A stretch of 64,000 bases of DNA, taken from the IMG/VR virus record IMGVR_UViG_3300003876_000001, positions 62,001 through 126,000 of that record; one strand, written 5' to 3'. Below the pieces are notes generated by a model. That model worked only from the letters and a program-made list of their open reading frames with translations, had not been told where the DNA came from and ran no database searches. Shown here one piece after another: positions 40,178 to 49,793 of this stretch. This DNA comes from an uncultured virus (IMG/VR IMGVR_UViG_3300003876_000001). Its lineage: Duplodnaviria; Heunggongvirae; Uroviricota; Caudoviricetes. The translations under genes were made by a program, and so were the position numbers. The stretch's first letter is position 1. The number at the start of each line of letters is the position of its first letter.

Positions 40178-42685
40178 ATGGCAAAAAAAATATCGGCTAA
40201 ACAATTAAAAGAAGAAACAGAAGCAGCTAATGCTATTGCTAATGAAAATATTCGTTTACTTGAAAGGGAATTATCAAAATTAGATAATATCTATAACCTA
40301 AGAAGAAAACAAGCAGTAGAGGAAGAAATTATTAATCAAAAAAGAAATAAACAAGCTAATATTGATGAAACCATAACTAAACATCTATCTAATCAAGATA
40401 AAATTAGTAAATATTTACTAAAAAAATATAAAAATCAATCCGATGCTCAAGATAAAATATTATCAAAATCAGAAAAAACATTAGATACACAAAAATTACT
40501 CCTTAAAACAGTTAGTTCATTAGGCACTGCAATTAGTAAAAATGCTGGTATTATGAAAACATTTTTAATGGATGCTGATGCAAGTATTAAAAATCTTAAT
40601 CTTGAAATGGGATTATCTGGTGATCGTTCAGCAATGATGCGAAATAATTTAGAAGATTCTTCCATGTTTGCTGCTCGTATGGGTATTGATATGAAAGGTC
40701 TTACTCAAATGGTTAGTACATATGCTGATGAAACAGGTAGAGTTAGACAATTTAATCAAGAAAATTTAGAATCAATGACTTTAATAGCTAAAGGTACTTC
40801 TTTAGGTATTGAAGGTGCTGCTCGTATGGCTGGTCAATATGAAATGATGGGTTTCAATGCTACTGATACTGCTGGTGAAGTACAAAGAATTGTTGATACT
40901 ACTGAAAGAATGGGTGTTAATACTGGTAAAGTATTAAAAGCTGTTAATTCGAACTTCAAAAAACTTCAAAAATATTCATTTAGAAATGGTGTAAAATCTA
41001 TGGCTGATATGGCTATTTATGCTGAAAAATTTAAAATAGATATGAATTCTGTTTTTGAACCTATGGAAAAGGGTAGAAGATTAGATTCAGTAATTGAAAT
41101 GAGTGCACAATTACAAGTACTTGGTGGTAAATTTGCTAGTTTAGCAGATCCTATGTCTATGCTTTTTGAATCTAGAAATGATCCTGAAGCATATATGAAA
41201 CGTATTAACGAAATGACACAAGGTATGGTTACGTTGAATAAGACTGCTGATGGATTTGATTTTGCATTAGCTTCTCCTATGGCTAAAGATCAGCTTTCAC
41301 AAGCAGCTAAAGCACTTGGTATGACTACTGAAGAACTTACTAAACAAGCATTTAGAATGAGAGAAATTCAACAAACTCGTTCACAAATGAATTCTAAAGG
41401 ATTTACTAAAGACGAAAAAGATATTATTGAGGGTCTTGCTAAATTTGATAAAACTACAGGTAGAATGTTTGTTGAAATAGGTGGTATTGCTACTGATGTA
41501 TCAAATATTGGTTCTGATCAATTAAGTGGTTTAAAAGAACAAAGTGCTAGTTTAAAACAACGTGCATTAGATTCTCAAACATTTGATGATGCAATGAAAA
41601 ATACTATAATGGAATTAAAATCAACATTACTTCCTATGCTTAATGGTATTAATTCAGTATTAGAATTTATAAGACCTATTGTTACAAATATATCGGAATG
41701 GTTTGGTGATTTATCTAAAACAAATAAAGATATACTTTCAGGTGCTGGTGCAATTGGTGCTGTTTTAATGATGGCATCTCCAATGATCAGAATATTAAAA
41801 GGTATATTACCAAGTATTGGTGGTCTGATTGGTGGTGCTGGTAAAGGTATTGCACGTACTGCAACTAAAGGTGTTGGTGGTCTTGCTAAAGGTGCTAGTG
41901 GTGCTGCAAGAGGTGGTGGAATGGCTGCTTTAGGTAAAGGTGCTGGTGTTGGTGTTGCTGCTGTTGGTATGGGTACTGGTATAATGATTGCAGCTAAAGG
42001 TGTTGCTGCTTTAGCAGATTCCATGTCTAAATTAAGTGTAGAACAATTAGAAAGTTTCGAAAGAGTTGCACTAGGATTAGCTATTGCTGTTCCACTTATG
42101 GCTGCTGGTATGTTAATATTCGGTAAAGCAGCAGAAGTATCAGCAATTGGTATAGGAATTCTGACATTAGCTGTATTAGGTATTGGAGCAGGTATTGGTA
42201 TTGCTGCTGCTGGTATTGGATATATGGGAGAAGGTTTAGCAATGTTAAGTGGTGCAGATTTATCTGGAATTGGTGGTGATTTAGCAGCTATTGGTGCTGC
42301 AACTTTATTATTTGCAAACCCTATTACAATGTTAGGTGTTGCTGGTATGGCAGCTTCAGTAATGGCAATAGCTTCAAGTTCTAATGGTATGAAAATTGTA
42401 GGTGATGCATTTACAAGTATTGGAGCTGTTATGAGTGGATCGGTAGGACAGCTTGCAGATGTTAAAAATACAATACAATCTATTGCATCAACAGATGTAA
42501 GTAGTAATAGTGGAATTGGTCAATTAGTTAATATGTTATCTAAACCGCTTAAAGTTCAATTCAGTGAACAAGAAGTAGCACTTGTGGCTAATATTGATGT
42601 TAATGTTGGTGATAGTTCATTCTACACAAATATTGCTAAGAAAGTACCTGCACAATTGGTACATGTACAAGGTGGTAGTGTTTAA
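40178..42685 (+). CDS. Tape measure protein
   Basis: Long helical Ala/Gly-rich protein with hydrophobic segments following chaperone genes. Confidence 0.8.
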   Translation: MAKKISAKQLKEETEAANAIANENIRLLERELSKLDNIYNLRRKQAVEEEIINQKRNKQANIDETITKHLSNQDKISKYLLKKYKNQSDAQDKILSKSEKTLDTQKLLLKTVSSLGTAISKNAGIMKTFLMDADASIKNLNLEMGLSGDRSAMMRNNLEDSSMFAARMGIDMKGLTQMVSTYADETGRVRQFNQENLESMTLIAKGTSLGIEGAARMAGQYEMMGFNATDTAGEVQRIVDTTERMGVNTGKVLKAVNSNFKKLQKYSFRNGVKSMADMAIYAEKFKIDMNSVFEPMEKGRRLDSVIEMSAQLQVLGGKFASLADPMSMLFESRNDPEAYMKRINEMTQGMVTLNKTADGFDFALASPMAKDQLSQAAKALGMTTEELTKQAFRMREIQQTRSQMNSKGFTKDEKDIIEGLAKFDKTTGRMFVEIGGIATDVSNIGSDQLSGLKEQSASLKQRALDSQTFDDAMKNTIMELKSTLLPMLNGINSVLEFIRPIVTNISEWFGDLSKTNKDILSGAGAIGAVLMMASPMIRILKGILPSIGGLIGGAGKGIARTATKGVGGLAKGASGAARGGGMAALGKGAGVGVAAVGMGTGIMIAAKGVAALADSMSKLSVEQLESFERVALGLAIAVPLMAAGMLIFGKAAEVSAIGIGILTLAVLGIGAGIGIAAAGIGYMGEGLAMLSGADLSGIGGDLAAIGAATLLFANPITMLGVAGMAASVMAIASSSNGMKIVGDAFTSIGAVMSGSVGQLADVKNTIQSIASTDVSSNSGIGQLVNMLSKPLKVQFSEQEVALVANIDVNVGDSSFYTNIAKKVPAQLVHVQGGSV

Positions 42686-42688
42686 TAT

Positions 42689-43129
42689 TTAATATTTATT
42701 TTTTAATTCTTCAATTCTTTTATAATCACTAATAGTTGTATCACTTTCAGGCTTATTTAAAAGATTATTTAATTCTATTTTTTCATTTTCTTCTATTGTC
42801 ACACTTGGGACAATATACTTATCTAATGTCACAGTTGGGACAATAGGATTATCTACTTGATTATCAGTACTTTCACCACTTTTTAATGTCACAGTTGGGA
42901 CAATAGAAGTATCTATTGACAAACTTGGGACAATAGATTCACGATTATCACGTTCTAGGATAGGAAAATGAATATCTTTAATAAATGGGATTCCATCTAT
43001 TTTAACATTATCTACTAAATCATCATCAACATAACGATATATCTTTCTTTTAACTATACTATATTTTTTAGCATATGTTGATAATTTTAGATATTCATTT
43101 GGGTTAATTTTTTTAATTAACTTCCTCAT
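42689..43129 (-). CDS. Excisionase/MerR-like HTH DNA-binding protein with IVP(S/T)(V/L)(T/S) repeats
   Basis: YLKLSTYAKKYSIVKRKIYRYVDDD...V.IDG; ATG at 43129 (TTG at 43156 is an alternative). Confidence 0.6.
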   Translation of the reverse strand: MRKLIKKINPNEYLKLSTYAKKYSIVKRKIYRYVDDDLVDNVKIDGIPFIKDIHFPILERDNRESIVPSLSIDTSIVPTVTLKSGESTDNQVDNPIVPTVTLDKYIVPSVTIEENEKIELNNLLNKPESDTTISDYKRIEELKNKY

Positions 43130-43169
43130 ATTCAATATTTTTTGTATATTTGTCAAACTTGTGACAATA
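42794..43169. repeat. Five palindromic 22-bp repeats TA(T/A)TGTC-N8-GACAATA
   Basis: Copies at 42794, 42824, 42884, 42914 (30/60/30 spacing) and 43148; 42914 and 43148 have variant left arms. Confidence 0.9.
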
Positions 43170-43172
43170 GAA

Positions 43173-43200
43173 TATACGTATATAAATAAAAAAGGTTACA
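43173..43200 (-). promoter_or_regulatory. ECF-like promoter TGTAACC-N15-CGTATA for HTH gene
   Basis: Same motif as 19332 and 19904. Confidence 0.55.
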
Positions 43201-43232
43201 TAAATATTTATTTTCATTTTTTATTAAAAAGA

Positions 43233-43264
43233 CTTGACTTTATCAAATAAAAACGGTAAATTTG
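43233..43264 (+). promoter_or_regulatory. Early promoter CTTGACTTT-N15-TAAATTTG
   Basis: Same architecture as 13808 and 46952; faces a non-coding region. Confidence 0.65.
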
Positions 43265-43269
43265 CAAAA

Positions 43270-43385
43270 CTTTGCTTTTAGAACTTAATAACAAGAAACA
43301 AAAAGAGAAATAACACAAAACAAAAACAACAAATATTTAAAAGCATTTCGAAATTATACAGGGCAACCCTTTTGCTTTTATTTTT
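43270..43385 (+). ncRNA. Candidate structured non-coding RNA or origin transcript
   Basis: TAAAAGCA/TGCTTTTA stem enclosing ATTTCGAAAT and AGGGCAACCCT hairpins, downstream of promoter. Confidence 0.3.
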
Positions 43386-43560
43386 AGGTCTATGGTTATA
43401 TGGATAAGATTTAGATTATTTAATAATTTCTATTATATACAACTCAACTAGATTTTAGAAAAAAAATATATAGTATTTAGCGATAGTACATAGTAATTCA
43501 ATGTAAATCTAATAAATTCTAATTTCAAATACAAGTATTTATAATAAATATTTTATATTA

Positions 43561-46500
43561 ATGTCAAGATTAGAAGATAATAGTGTTCAAACCAGAGAGT
43601 TTTTAGAAACAAGAAATTTATATACTCCTAATGATCCATATAATGTTAGTGGTACTGAAACTATTAATGTAATTGGAAATATAGCTAATGTTATAAATCC
43701 TTTTGGTACTACTGTTACAACTATCGTAGGTAGATTAGCTGAAGGTCAAACACCATTAACAGCAATAGGTTTAAAAATGCTTGCAATACAATTAGGTTAT
43801 ACTGCTGCATCTAATGCTGCTGCTGAATATCTTCCAGCAATAAAGTTTGAAAATTTATTTGATGGTAATCCTGATACTAAATTTATAATGAAAAAGGAAG
43901 ATTTTCAAATAACAAGAAGAGAAACCCAAGGTAATGTAGGAAAAATATTAGAAGAAGTTAGTGGTAATTATCCATTAAAAGGAAATCCATTTACTAAAGA
44001 AACAAATAATCTTGATTTTATTAGAAATTCAGGAAAAGGACAACTTCAATTATTTTATAAAGAATTAAGCAAAAATCTATACCAACCTTCATCAAGACCA
44101 TTTGTAGATTTATCAAATGCAGAAGGATTTAATTATGGAATGAATGTTGATGTTCAATTTAATAATAAATATTTCTTAGGTAGAGATGAAGTATTCAATC
44201 CATATAATCAATATAAAACAACTGCTGATATAACAGCACTTAACAATAAACTTTATCAAGAAAGAATAACATTCATAAACCAAAATCAAGATAGTTCTGG
44301 TTATTTAGAATATGGTGCATCACAAATATTCATTGATGGAATGGGTAATGCTGAATTAGATAGTAATAATATTGATATTGGTTTAAATGGTCAAATTATT
44401 AGTACAGGAATATATTCACTAGATGGTGATGATTATGGTTTAGTTGATGATCCTAAACAACAATTAGTTTGGGGTCGTGATACTGATAATACATCATATA
44501 AGGACGAAGTAGGTGGTTTTGATAATCCTGTTGATGGTATACAACCAAGTGATAATGGTGGTGTTGAAAGTAAATTAGATAGATTTGGTAATATTAGTGA
44601 GATTGATAAATTTAATATAAAAAATGGTGGATTATTAAGCTATACTAGAGAATTATTAAACTCTAAAGGTAAAAATAGTAGTTTTGATTTAACGAGAAAG
44701 AAATTTATTGATAATGATGAACAATTACATTTTAACGGTTCACCATTGAGAGTTAGATTAGATGGTGAAATAGATAAAAACCGTCAACATACTGTTCTTG
44801 ACCCATATAATACGTTTGTTAAAGCAATAAGATTTAATGGAAATAAAATTTATAATGGTAATGAAAATTCAGTAGTTTATAAAAATGTTATACCTAAAAT
44901 ACATCCAATTATTGATGGTAATGATATTAATAATAGGAATATGATGTTTTCTATTGAAAATTTAGCATTTGAAGTATATCCAGATGAAACAATGAATTAT
45001 GGTTTAGTTCAAGATGAAAAAGGTACTGAACTACCATTATGTGAAGTTGGTAAATTTGGTGGTCGTCTTATGTGGTTTCCACCATATGATATAAGTGTAA
45101 CTGAAAATGTTGTAGTTAATCATGAAAGTACAAATTTTATTGGTAGAGGTGAACCAATTTATACATATAATAATACTGAAAGAATTGCAAACTTATCTTT
45201 TAAATTATTAATTGATTATCCACCACAAATAAAAGGGATGAGTCATGTAGAGGCTAATAGATTTTTTGCTTTTGGTGGTGAAGCACCACTTCAAGGTAGT
45301 AATTTAGGTGATAAAATTAGAAAAAAAGAGAAATTAATTGAGGAAAGAGAAAGTATTCAACCTAAAATAAAACAAGCTAGACCTGATTTTATTGAATTAA
45401 CAAATAATTTTTTCTTTATTAATGATGAACCTAAAATTGGTGGTGAATCAACATCAATTGGAGATCATATCAGTAGATATTATGAAATAGATAAAAATCA
45501 TGATATTGCTGCACATACAAGTGATGTCGATGGTGCAAATTTTGGATTGAATGAATCATTTATTCAAGATATTGAAGAAAATATTACCAAATATCTTGTT
45601 GATGAAAAAGTTAGGGAATATACTGAATTACGTATTAATGGATCTGCATCAGTTTTATTTCTTGGTAATGATGATGATTATAATGTAAGATTAAGTAGAA
45701 GAAGAATTAATGCTGTTGTAGCATTTATTGATGAAAAATTTAAAACACTTACAGGTCAATCATTAGAACAAGCAGGTATAAAGGTAGTAATACCAAAAAC
45801 CCCTATTGGTGAAGTTGGTGGTACTGCAACTGATGAAATAAGTGAAATAGCTAGTCAACCTGCTAAAGAAGCTAGAAGAGCATTTGTAACGTTTGGACAA
45901 AATAATGTAACAATTAATAAAGAAGTTCCAATAACAACAACAGATCAAGAAAATATAGATTCATTAAATGAAGAAATTCAAGTTTTAGAAACAAATATTT
46001 CAACTCAAAAAGCAAAAAATAATGCTAATTGTACATATAATACATATACAATCGAAGATGGTGTTTTAAAAGGATTTGAATCAAGTCAAAAGAATAAATA
46101 TAAACCAATTTTTCATTCTCAAACACCAGAAGATTTTCATAGAAGATTAACATTTTTACATCAATGTACACGTCAAGGTAATGCAATACGAAAACAAAGA
46201 GGTAAAAATAATACATTTAGTGCTAGTAATTCAGTATTTGGTAGACAACCAGTTCAAATATTAAGAATTGGAGATATGTTCCATACTAAAGTTGTTATTG
46301 ATAATTTACAAATAGATTATACTGATGCTCCTTGGGATATGAATCCTGAAGGTATGGGTATGCAATTTATGATAGCTGATATAAAATTACAATTAAAACT
46401 TGTTGGTGGTCAATCACTTCAAACACCAATTAATGCACTACAAAATGCGGTATCATTTAATTACTATGCTAATTCAACATTTTATAATACGGGTATTTAT

Positions 46501-46638
46501 GAAAGAGCAAGTGAAATGGAAAAAGCACAAATGACTGAACTTTTTGGTAGTAAAGATGTTGATGGTAATGAAGTGAGAGAAGTAAGAAATAATACACAAG
46601 AAATAGCTAGAAAAGTTAAACAACCAACATCAGCATAA
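43561..46638 (+). CDS. Large baseplate hub/tube-initiator-like protein with OmpA-like insertion
   Basis: FIGRGEPIYTY..TER..LSFK and PV.ILRIGDMF..KVVI..L.IDY...PWD motifs; GSAS..YN.RLSRRR..AV. Confidence 0.65.
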   Translation: MSRLEDNSVQTREFLETRNLYTPNDPYNVSGTETINVIGNIANVINPFGTTVTTIVGRLAEGQTPLTAIGLKMLAIQLGYTAASNAAAEYLPAIKFENLFDGNPDTKFIMKKEDFQITRRETQGNVGKILEEVSGNYPLKGNPFTKETNNLDFIRNSGKGQLQLFYKELSKNLYQPSSRPFVDLSNAEGFNYGMNVDVQFNNKYFLGRDEVFNPYNQYKTTADITALNNKLYQERITFINQNQDSSGYLEYGASQIFIDGMGNAELDSNNIDIGLNGQIISTGIYSLDGDDYGLVDDPKQQLVWGRDTDNTSYKDEVGGFDNPVDGIQPSDNGGVESKLDRFGNISEIDKFNIKNGGLLSYTRELLNSKGKNSSFDLTRKKFIDNDEQLHFNGSPLRVRLDGEIDKNRQHTVLDPYNTFVKAIRFNGNKIYNGNENSVVYKNVIPKIHPIIDGNDINNRNMMFSIENLAFEVYPDETMNYGLVQDEKGTELPLCEVGKFGGRLMWFPPYDISVTENVVVNHESTNFIGRGEPIYTYNNTERIANLSFKLLIDYPPQIKGMSHVEANRFFAFGGEAPLQGSNLGDKIRKKEKLIEERESIQPKIKQARPDFIELTNNFFFINDEPKIGGESTSIGDHISRYYEIDKNHDIAAHTSDVDGANFGLNESFIQDIEENITKYLVDEKVREYTELRINGSASVLFLGNDDDYNVRLSRRRINAVVAFIDEKFKTLTGQSLEQAGIKVVIPKTPIGEVGGTATDEISEIASQPAKEARRAFVTFGQNNVTINKEVPITTTDQENIDSLNEEIQVLETNISTQKAKNNANCTYNTYTIEDGVLKGFESSQKNKYKPIFHSQTPEDFHRRLTFLHQCTRQGNAIRKQRGKNNTFSASNSVFGRQPVQILRIGDMFHTKVVIDNLQIDYTDAPWDMNPEGMGMQFMIADIKLQLKLVGGQSLQTPINALQNAVSFNYYANSTFYNTGIYERASEMEKAQMTELFGSKDVDGNEVREVRNNTQEIARKVKQPTSA

Positions 46639-46949
46639 TGAGAATAGATTATAATAGATATGAAATTTTTAAAAATCAGAATGGTACAACTGATCAATTA
46701 CCATATGTAACATTACCTGCAAATAGTTCTGATAAATATGAAACTTGGAAAGCAGGTTTTAGTAGATTAGATAAAGTTGCTAAAAGATATTATGGTAATG
46801 AATTTTTTGATTTTTTGATTCTATGGGGAAATCCACAATATATATCTGAGTTTGATATTGAAGATGGTGATCTTATTAGAATACCCTTTCCTCTTGAAAA
46901 AGTTAAAACAGATTACGAAACTGAATTAAAAAAAATAAGAGATAGATAA
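46638..46949 (+). CDS. LysM-like baseplate wedge protein (gp53/tail X-like)
   Basis: RLDKVAKRYYG.....LIL..NP.......I..GD.IRIP. Confidence 0.75.
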   Translation: MRIDYNRYEIFKNQNGTTDQLPYVTLPANSSDKYETWKAGFSRLDKVAKRYYGNEFFDFLILWGNPQYISEFDIEDGDLIRIPFPLEKVKTDYETELKKIRDR

Positions 46950-46951
46950 TA

Positions 46952-46983
46952 CTTTACTTTTTGAATTTTATTTACTACATTTG
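46952..46983 (+). promoter_or_regulatory. Early promoter CTTTACTTT-N15-TACATTTG
   Basis: Shared motif and spacing. Confidence 0.65.
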
Positions 46984-47002
46984 TATATTATAGCAAATAC
47001 AT

Positions 47003-47209
47003 ATGAAAAAAAGGATAATAGTAGTCTTTAGTTCACATCTAACTACATATGAAAACGATATGTTTATACAATATATTAATGATACATGTGAAATACCTCA
47101 TATCGTACATGCTTTTGTTAATCATAATCAGTATTTGCTTCATGATATTTATAATAAAACCATTTCTCTATCTTCTAGTGAAGATGCGATAACTAATTAT
47201 ATTTTATGA
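47003..47209 (+). pseudogene. Truncated paralog of the downstream glycosyltransferase N-terminus
   Basis: MKKRIIVVFSSH..N..FI..IP..VN.N...L...YN parallels MKKNLSVIFSSH..N.KFI..IP..VN.N..SL..AYN. Confidence 0.6.
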
Positions 47210-47913
47210 AAAAAAATTTATCAGTAATTTTTAGTAGTCATTATTCTGAAGAAGATAATAATAAATTTATATCTCATTTAAAAAATACTGCTGGTATACC
47301 TATTCATGTAGAATGTATTGTAAATATGAATGAATTTTCACTATCTGAAGCATATAATATGGGATGGAAAACTTTAGATAAATTAGGTCTTGGTAAGGAT
47401 ATAATTGTATTTCTACATAATGATATATTAATTAGAACAAAAGATTGGAGCAAAAAAATAGTAAATATATTTAATAAAAATGATTATGATATTATTGGTT
47501 TGGCAGGTAGTACGGAATTGCCTAAACATGGATGTTGGTGGTTAACCGAAGACGGTAAAGAAATGAACAGAAAAAAAATGTATGGTAGAGTTTATCATAA
47601 TAATGGAATTAGAATTTTTGAGAGTATTTATAGTAGAGAAATAAAAAATATTAAAGAAGTTGTTGTTGTTGATGGTGTTTTTATTTGTGTTAATGGTGAA
47701 ACTATTATAAATAGATTTGATGAAAGATTTAAAGGGTTTCACTATTACGATCTAGGAATGATATTTCCAAACTATTTAGATGGATGTAATATTGGTGTTA
47801 TAGATAAAATCTCAATAATTCATAATTCTATTGGTCAAACAAACATTGAATGGGATAATAATAAAAAAATCTTTAGTGAATTATATAAAGATGAATTACC
47901 AAGGGAAATTTAA
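47206..47913 (+). CDS. GT2-like glycosyltransferase
   Basis: LSEAYN, FLHND, IGLAG, VVDG, FDE..GFHYYD. Confidence 0.8.
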   Translation: MKKNLSVIFSSHYSEEDNNKFISHLKNTAGIPIHVECIVNMNEFSLSEAYNMGWKTLDKLGLGKDIIVFLHNDILIRTKDWSKKIVNIFNKNDYDIIGLAGSTELPKHGCWWLTEDGKEMNRKKMYGRVYHNNGIRIFESIYSREIKNIKEVVVVDGVFICVNGETIINRFDERFKGFHYYDLGMIFPNYLDGCNIGVIDKISIIHNSIGQTNIEWDNNKKIFSELYKDELPREI

Positions 47914-48961
47914 AAGAAAAAATAAAAAATGGAATATTGAGAATATTAAAATAGAAGCATTAAAATTTAATTCGAAGACCGAATGGGCAATAAAATCGAA
48001 TAGTTCATATAAAGCATCTAAAAAATTAAATTGTTTTGAAGACTCTATTAAACATATGGAGATTTTAGGTTCTAGGTTTAAAAGATTTATTTATGTATTT
48101 GAATTTTTAGATAAATCAATATATGTTGGTTTAACATATGATCTTAGTAGAAGGAAAAATGAACATTTAACATCTAAAAAAAGTACTGTATATAAATATA
48201 TAAAAAAAACTGAATTAGTACCAATTTTTATTCAAAAAACTAAATTATTAGATAAAAAACTTGCTTCAATTGTTGTGGGTGATATTCTAGAACACTATAA
48301 TAAGAAAGGTTGGAATATTTTAAATAAAAATAAATGTGGTGCTTTGGGTTGTGGTATTATCTTTTGGACGAAAAAAAAATGTGTTGAAGCTGGATTATTA
48401 TGTAATACAAAATCAGAATTTAAAATAAAATTTGGTGGTGCATATAATTCCGCAAAAAGAAATGGATGGTTAAAAGAATGTTATAATCATATGCCAAAAA
48501 ATAGTCATTTAAAATGGACAAAAGAAAAATGTTTAATTGAGGCAAAAAAATATAAAACAAAAACTGAATTTATAAAAAATAATAGAACAGCATATAATAG
48601 TACATTAAATAATGGGTGGTTAAAAGAATGTTGTAAACATATGAAAAAACAAAAAATAAAATGGACAAAAGAAAAATGTTTAATTGAGGCAAAAAAATAT
48701 AAAACAAAAAGTGAATTTAAAAAAAATAGTTCTAATGCCTATCAAGCAGCACATAGAAATAATTGGTATATTGATATTACCAAACATATGATTCTTTTAA
48801 AAAAACCAAATAATTATTGGACATTGGAGAATTGTTTAATTGAAGTAAAAAAATATAAATCATATAATGATTTTAAAAAAAATCAACTTGGTGCACATGA
48901 TGCAATAACAAAAAATAAATGGTACAATGAATTTAAAAATATAAATCGGAATTACCGATAA
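47891..48961 (+). CDS. GIY-YIG-type endonuclease with WT.E.C..EAKKY repeats
   Basis: FIYVFEF...IYVGLT..L.RR..EH; tandem ~45-aa repeats; likely ATG at 47891. Confidence 0.75.
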   Translation: MNYQGKFKRKNKKWNIENIKIEALKFNSKTEWAIKSNSSYKASKKLNCFEDSIKHMEILGSRFKRFIYVFEFLDKSIYVGLTYDLSRRKNEHLTSKKSTVYKYIKKTELVPIFIQKTKLLDKKLASIVVGDILEHYNKKGWNILNKNKCGALGCGIIFWTKKKCVEAGLLCNTKSEFKIKFGGAYNSAKRNGWLKECYNHMPKNSHLKWTKEKCLIEAKKYKTKTEFIKNNRTAYNSTLNNGWLKECCKHMKKQKIKWTKEKCLIEAKKYKTKSEFKKNSSNAYQAAHRNNWYIDITKHMILLKKPNNYWTLENCLIEVKKYKSYNDFKKNQLGAHDAITKNKWYNEFKNINRNYR

Positions 48962-48962
48962 A

Positions 48963-49037
48963 AGTAGAATTATTCAATATATATTAAATAAAATTAGTGG
49001 AAATTGTTATATTGGAAGTTCAAAAAAATATAAATAA
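48963..49037 (+). pseudogene. GIY-YIG N-terminal remnant
   Basis: IIQYILNKISGNCYIGSSKK*. Confidence 0.5.
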
Positions 49038-49108
49038 ATAGATATGAGTATTGGTAAAAAATATAAAGTATCACTATTAACCATATCAAGAATAATTAGA
49101 AATATAAG

Positions 49109-49768
49109 TTGGACACATATATGATAAACATAGAAAAATATGATGATGGATATCCAGTATCAGTAATAATACCACATAAAGTAACACCAATAAGAGACAA
49201 ATTCTTTAAAGATTTTTGTTACCCATCAATAGAAGGAATGCTACCAAATGAAATTATTATAAATACTGATGATGGTGGTGCACCTAAAAAACGTAATGAC
49301 GGATTTAAAAAATCTACACAAAAATATGTTTTATTTAGTGATAATGATATTATATTTCCATCTAGTTTTTTAGAAAAAGCAATTGATGTTTTAGAAAAAA
49401 ATCCAGATAAAGGATATGCATATGGAGGATATTTTGGTATAGTACAAGATAAAATTAATCACCCAATAAAAACGAATTTTAGAATATCAACAAGACCATT
49501 TGATGGTAGAGTATTAAAAAGAGAAAATTATATATCAACAATGTCATTAATAAGAAGTGATATTTTTCCTATGTTTGATGAATCATTAAAAAGATTACAA
49601 GATTGGGATATTTGGTTGACATTATTGAAACAAGGAATAGAGGGTATTGCAGTACAAGATATTGAATTCTTTGCATATTATCTAGATGAAGGAATAACAT
49701 CAAACACTAATAATGAAAGAGAAAATTTACTAAAAATAATTAATAAACATAAATTAGGGTCATGGTAG
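49109..49768 (+). CDS. GT2 glycosyltransferase
   Basis: VSVIIP, RNDG, FSDND, FDE...LQDWD; ATG start may be 49121. Confidence 0.85.
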   Translation: MDTYMINIEKYDDGYPVSVIIPHKVTPIRDKFFKDFCYPSIEGMLPNEIIINTDDGGAPKKRNDGFKKSTQKYVLFSDNDIIFPSSFLEKAIDVLEKNPDKGYAYGGYFGIVQDKINHPIKTNFRISTRPFDGRVLKRENYISTMSLIRSDIFPMFDESLKRLQDWDIWLTLLKQGIEGIAVQDIEFFAYYLDEGITSNTNNERENLLKIINKHKLGSW

Positions 49769-49775
49769 TATTTAT
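49767..49775 (+). promoter_or_regulatory. Late promoter motif AGTATTTAT inside glycan cluster
   Basis: Same motif precedes neck, sheath, tube and hub genes. Confidence 0.65.
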
Positions 49776-49793
49776 AAAAAAAATATAAAAGAA

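Noticed and set aside
42794..42935. Repeats as a CRISPR array
   Set aside because: Intervals are only 8 or 38 bp, copies are degenerate, they lie in a coding frame, and no cas operon is present
48510..48710. ~49-bp direct repeat
   Set aside because: Encodes the KWTKEKCLIEAKKYKTK protein repeat
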